A DNA stretch of 64,000 bases from Bacteroidales bacterium UBA4070 (lineage in GTDB: Bacteria > Bacteroidota > Bacteroidia > Bacteroidales > VadinHA17), in contig DFYY01000012.1 of the NCBI GenBank assembly GCA_002383485.1, forward strand, positions 101,717-165,716. The letters run 5' to 3'. A program made the translations under genes and the position numbers. Positions 63,379-64,000 of this stretch are shown piece after piece. Every line of letters starts with the position of its first letter. Within the stretch, counting starts at the first letter, position 1. The notes beneath the pieces are model-generated. The model searched no databases. It had not been told where the DNA came from and saw only the letters and a program-made list of their open reading frames with translations.

Positions 63379-63945
63379 TTAAAAATAGAACTCGATCCGG
63401 ATCTCCGGAGTATCATACAATCCGTATTCATTTCCGGTAATGCTCCAGAGGAAAGTGATGTTCATGCTGGATTTCCTGCCAGTCGGCTGAGAGATCCCGG
63501 CCCCTGCCAGGAAGCTTCCGTAATACACACGTCCGGAATTTTCGGGAGCAGTCGTGAAAAATGACCTTTCGAGGCTGAGAGCCTCATACTCGCCGTGAAC
63601 GAAGATCCCCGAGTTCCAGCCTATAGGGATGATGTTGTTAAGGTCCTGTATCAGAGTCATCTGAAGCATGGCACGTCCGCCATAGATGGAGGTTCTGCCA
63701 TATGGATCCCTGTAGTACTGAAATGACGGTCCCGCCCCTACGGCAAGTCGCGGCAGGAGCCATACCCCGGCCAGCGGGGCAACCTCGATATTTGTAACTG
63801 TTCCGAACTGAAGTCCGAAGGATCCGCCAAAAAAGAGTCGTTGCTTCAGCGGAGGGTTCTTCTGAGGCTTTTTTGTCTCAGGAACCTGCCCTGCAGCGGA
63901 GGCAAATATCACCAGTAACAACGTAATTGACAGGATCTTCTTCAT
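63379..63945 (-). CDS. putative outer-membrane beta-barrel protein
   Basis: Signal peptide MKKILSITLLLVIFASAAGQ, alternating hydrophobic strands, and a C-terminal ...IRIEFYF. Confidence 0.5.
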   Translation of the reverse strand: MKKILSITLLLVIFASAAGQVPETKKPQKNPPLKQRLFFGGSFGLQFGTVTNIEVAPLAGVWLLPRLAVGAGPSFQYYRDPYGRTSIYGGRAMLQMTLIQDLNNIIPIGWNSGIFVHGEYEALSLERSFFTTAPENSGRVYYGSFLAGAGISQPTGRKSSMNITFLWSITGNEYGLYDTPEIRIEFYF

Positions 63946-64000
63946 TTGATGCAGTAACCTCATTTAGAGGCTACAAATAAAATCAAAAAAACGTACATTT

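Noticed and set aside
1-64000. Search for a mobile element, prophage or defence island (integrase, transposase, restriction-modification, toxin-antitoxin, Cas, retron RT).
   Set aside because: I recognised no ORF with such motifs. The only mobility-like signals are the tRNA-Lys 3' duplication and the short dispersed repeats, both reported separately.

Overview
This 64-kb window looks like a chromosomal segment of a Bacteroidota (Bacteroidia-like) genome. Three things point that way: TTTG/TAnnTTTG-type promoter boxes, an rpmB-rpmG-DUF4295 trio, and a fused DAHP synthase/chorismate mutase.

All protein calls come from reading the supplied translations against family motifs I recognise. No database search was run.

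The window is mostly housekeeping:
- Core genes: gyrA, clpC, ftsY, rimO, mnmE, relA/spoT, sucD, fabG, cinA, pyrK-pyrD.
- A five-gene aromatic amino-acid operon: pheA, an aminotransferase, tyrA, DAHPS/CM, aroA.
- Three tRNAs: Thr-CGT, Gly-CCC, Lys-TTT.

I saw no rRNA, CRISPR array, integrase, transposase, or recognisable defence system.

The best candidates for uncharacterised biology are:
1. A tightly packed five-gene operon at 350-4399 encoding a KamA-type aminomutase, two Ddl-like ATP-grasp ligases, a GNAT and a DUF486 permease. It may make a beta-lysine-derived peptide or osmolyte.
2. A VTC-domain / DUF4956 / DUF2490 trio at 7000-9113.
3. A 24-codon Phe/Tyr-rich leader ORF plus terminator in front of pheA, which looks like a transcription attenuator.
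4. A LexA-like / DinB / DnaE2 mutagenesis cassette with two TGATTA-N5-TAATCA palindromes and repeat-only spacers.
5. A dispersed family of intergenic elements built from recurring words and a GTA-loop hairpin whose stems covary.
6. Five TTACA-N2-TGTAA palindromes in a 660-bp AT-rich gap.
7. A 49-nt duplication of the tRNA-Lys 3' end plus its terminator.

The window also holds about seven gene remnants: GH130, GH18, a TPR N-terminus, an MMPL fragment, a frameshifted AraC-type regulator, a short LolA-like gene and an ion-channel N-terminus. This points to ongoing gene decay.
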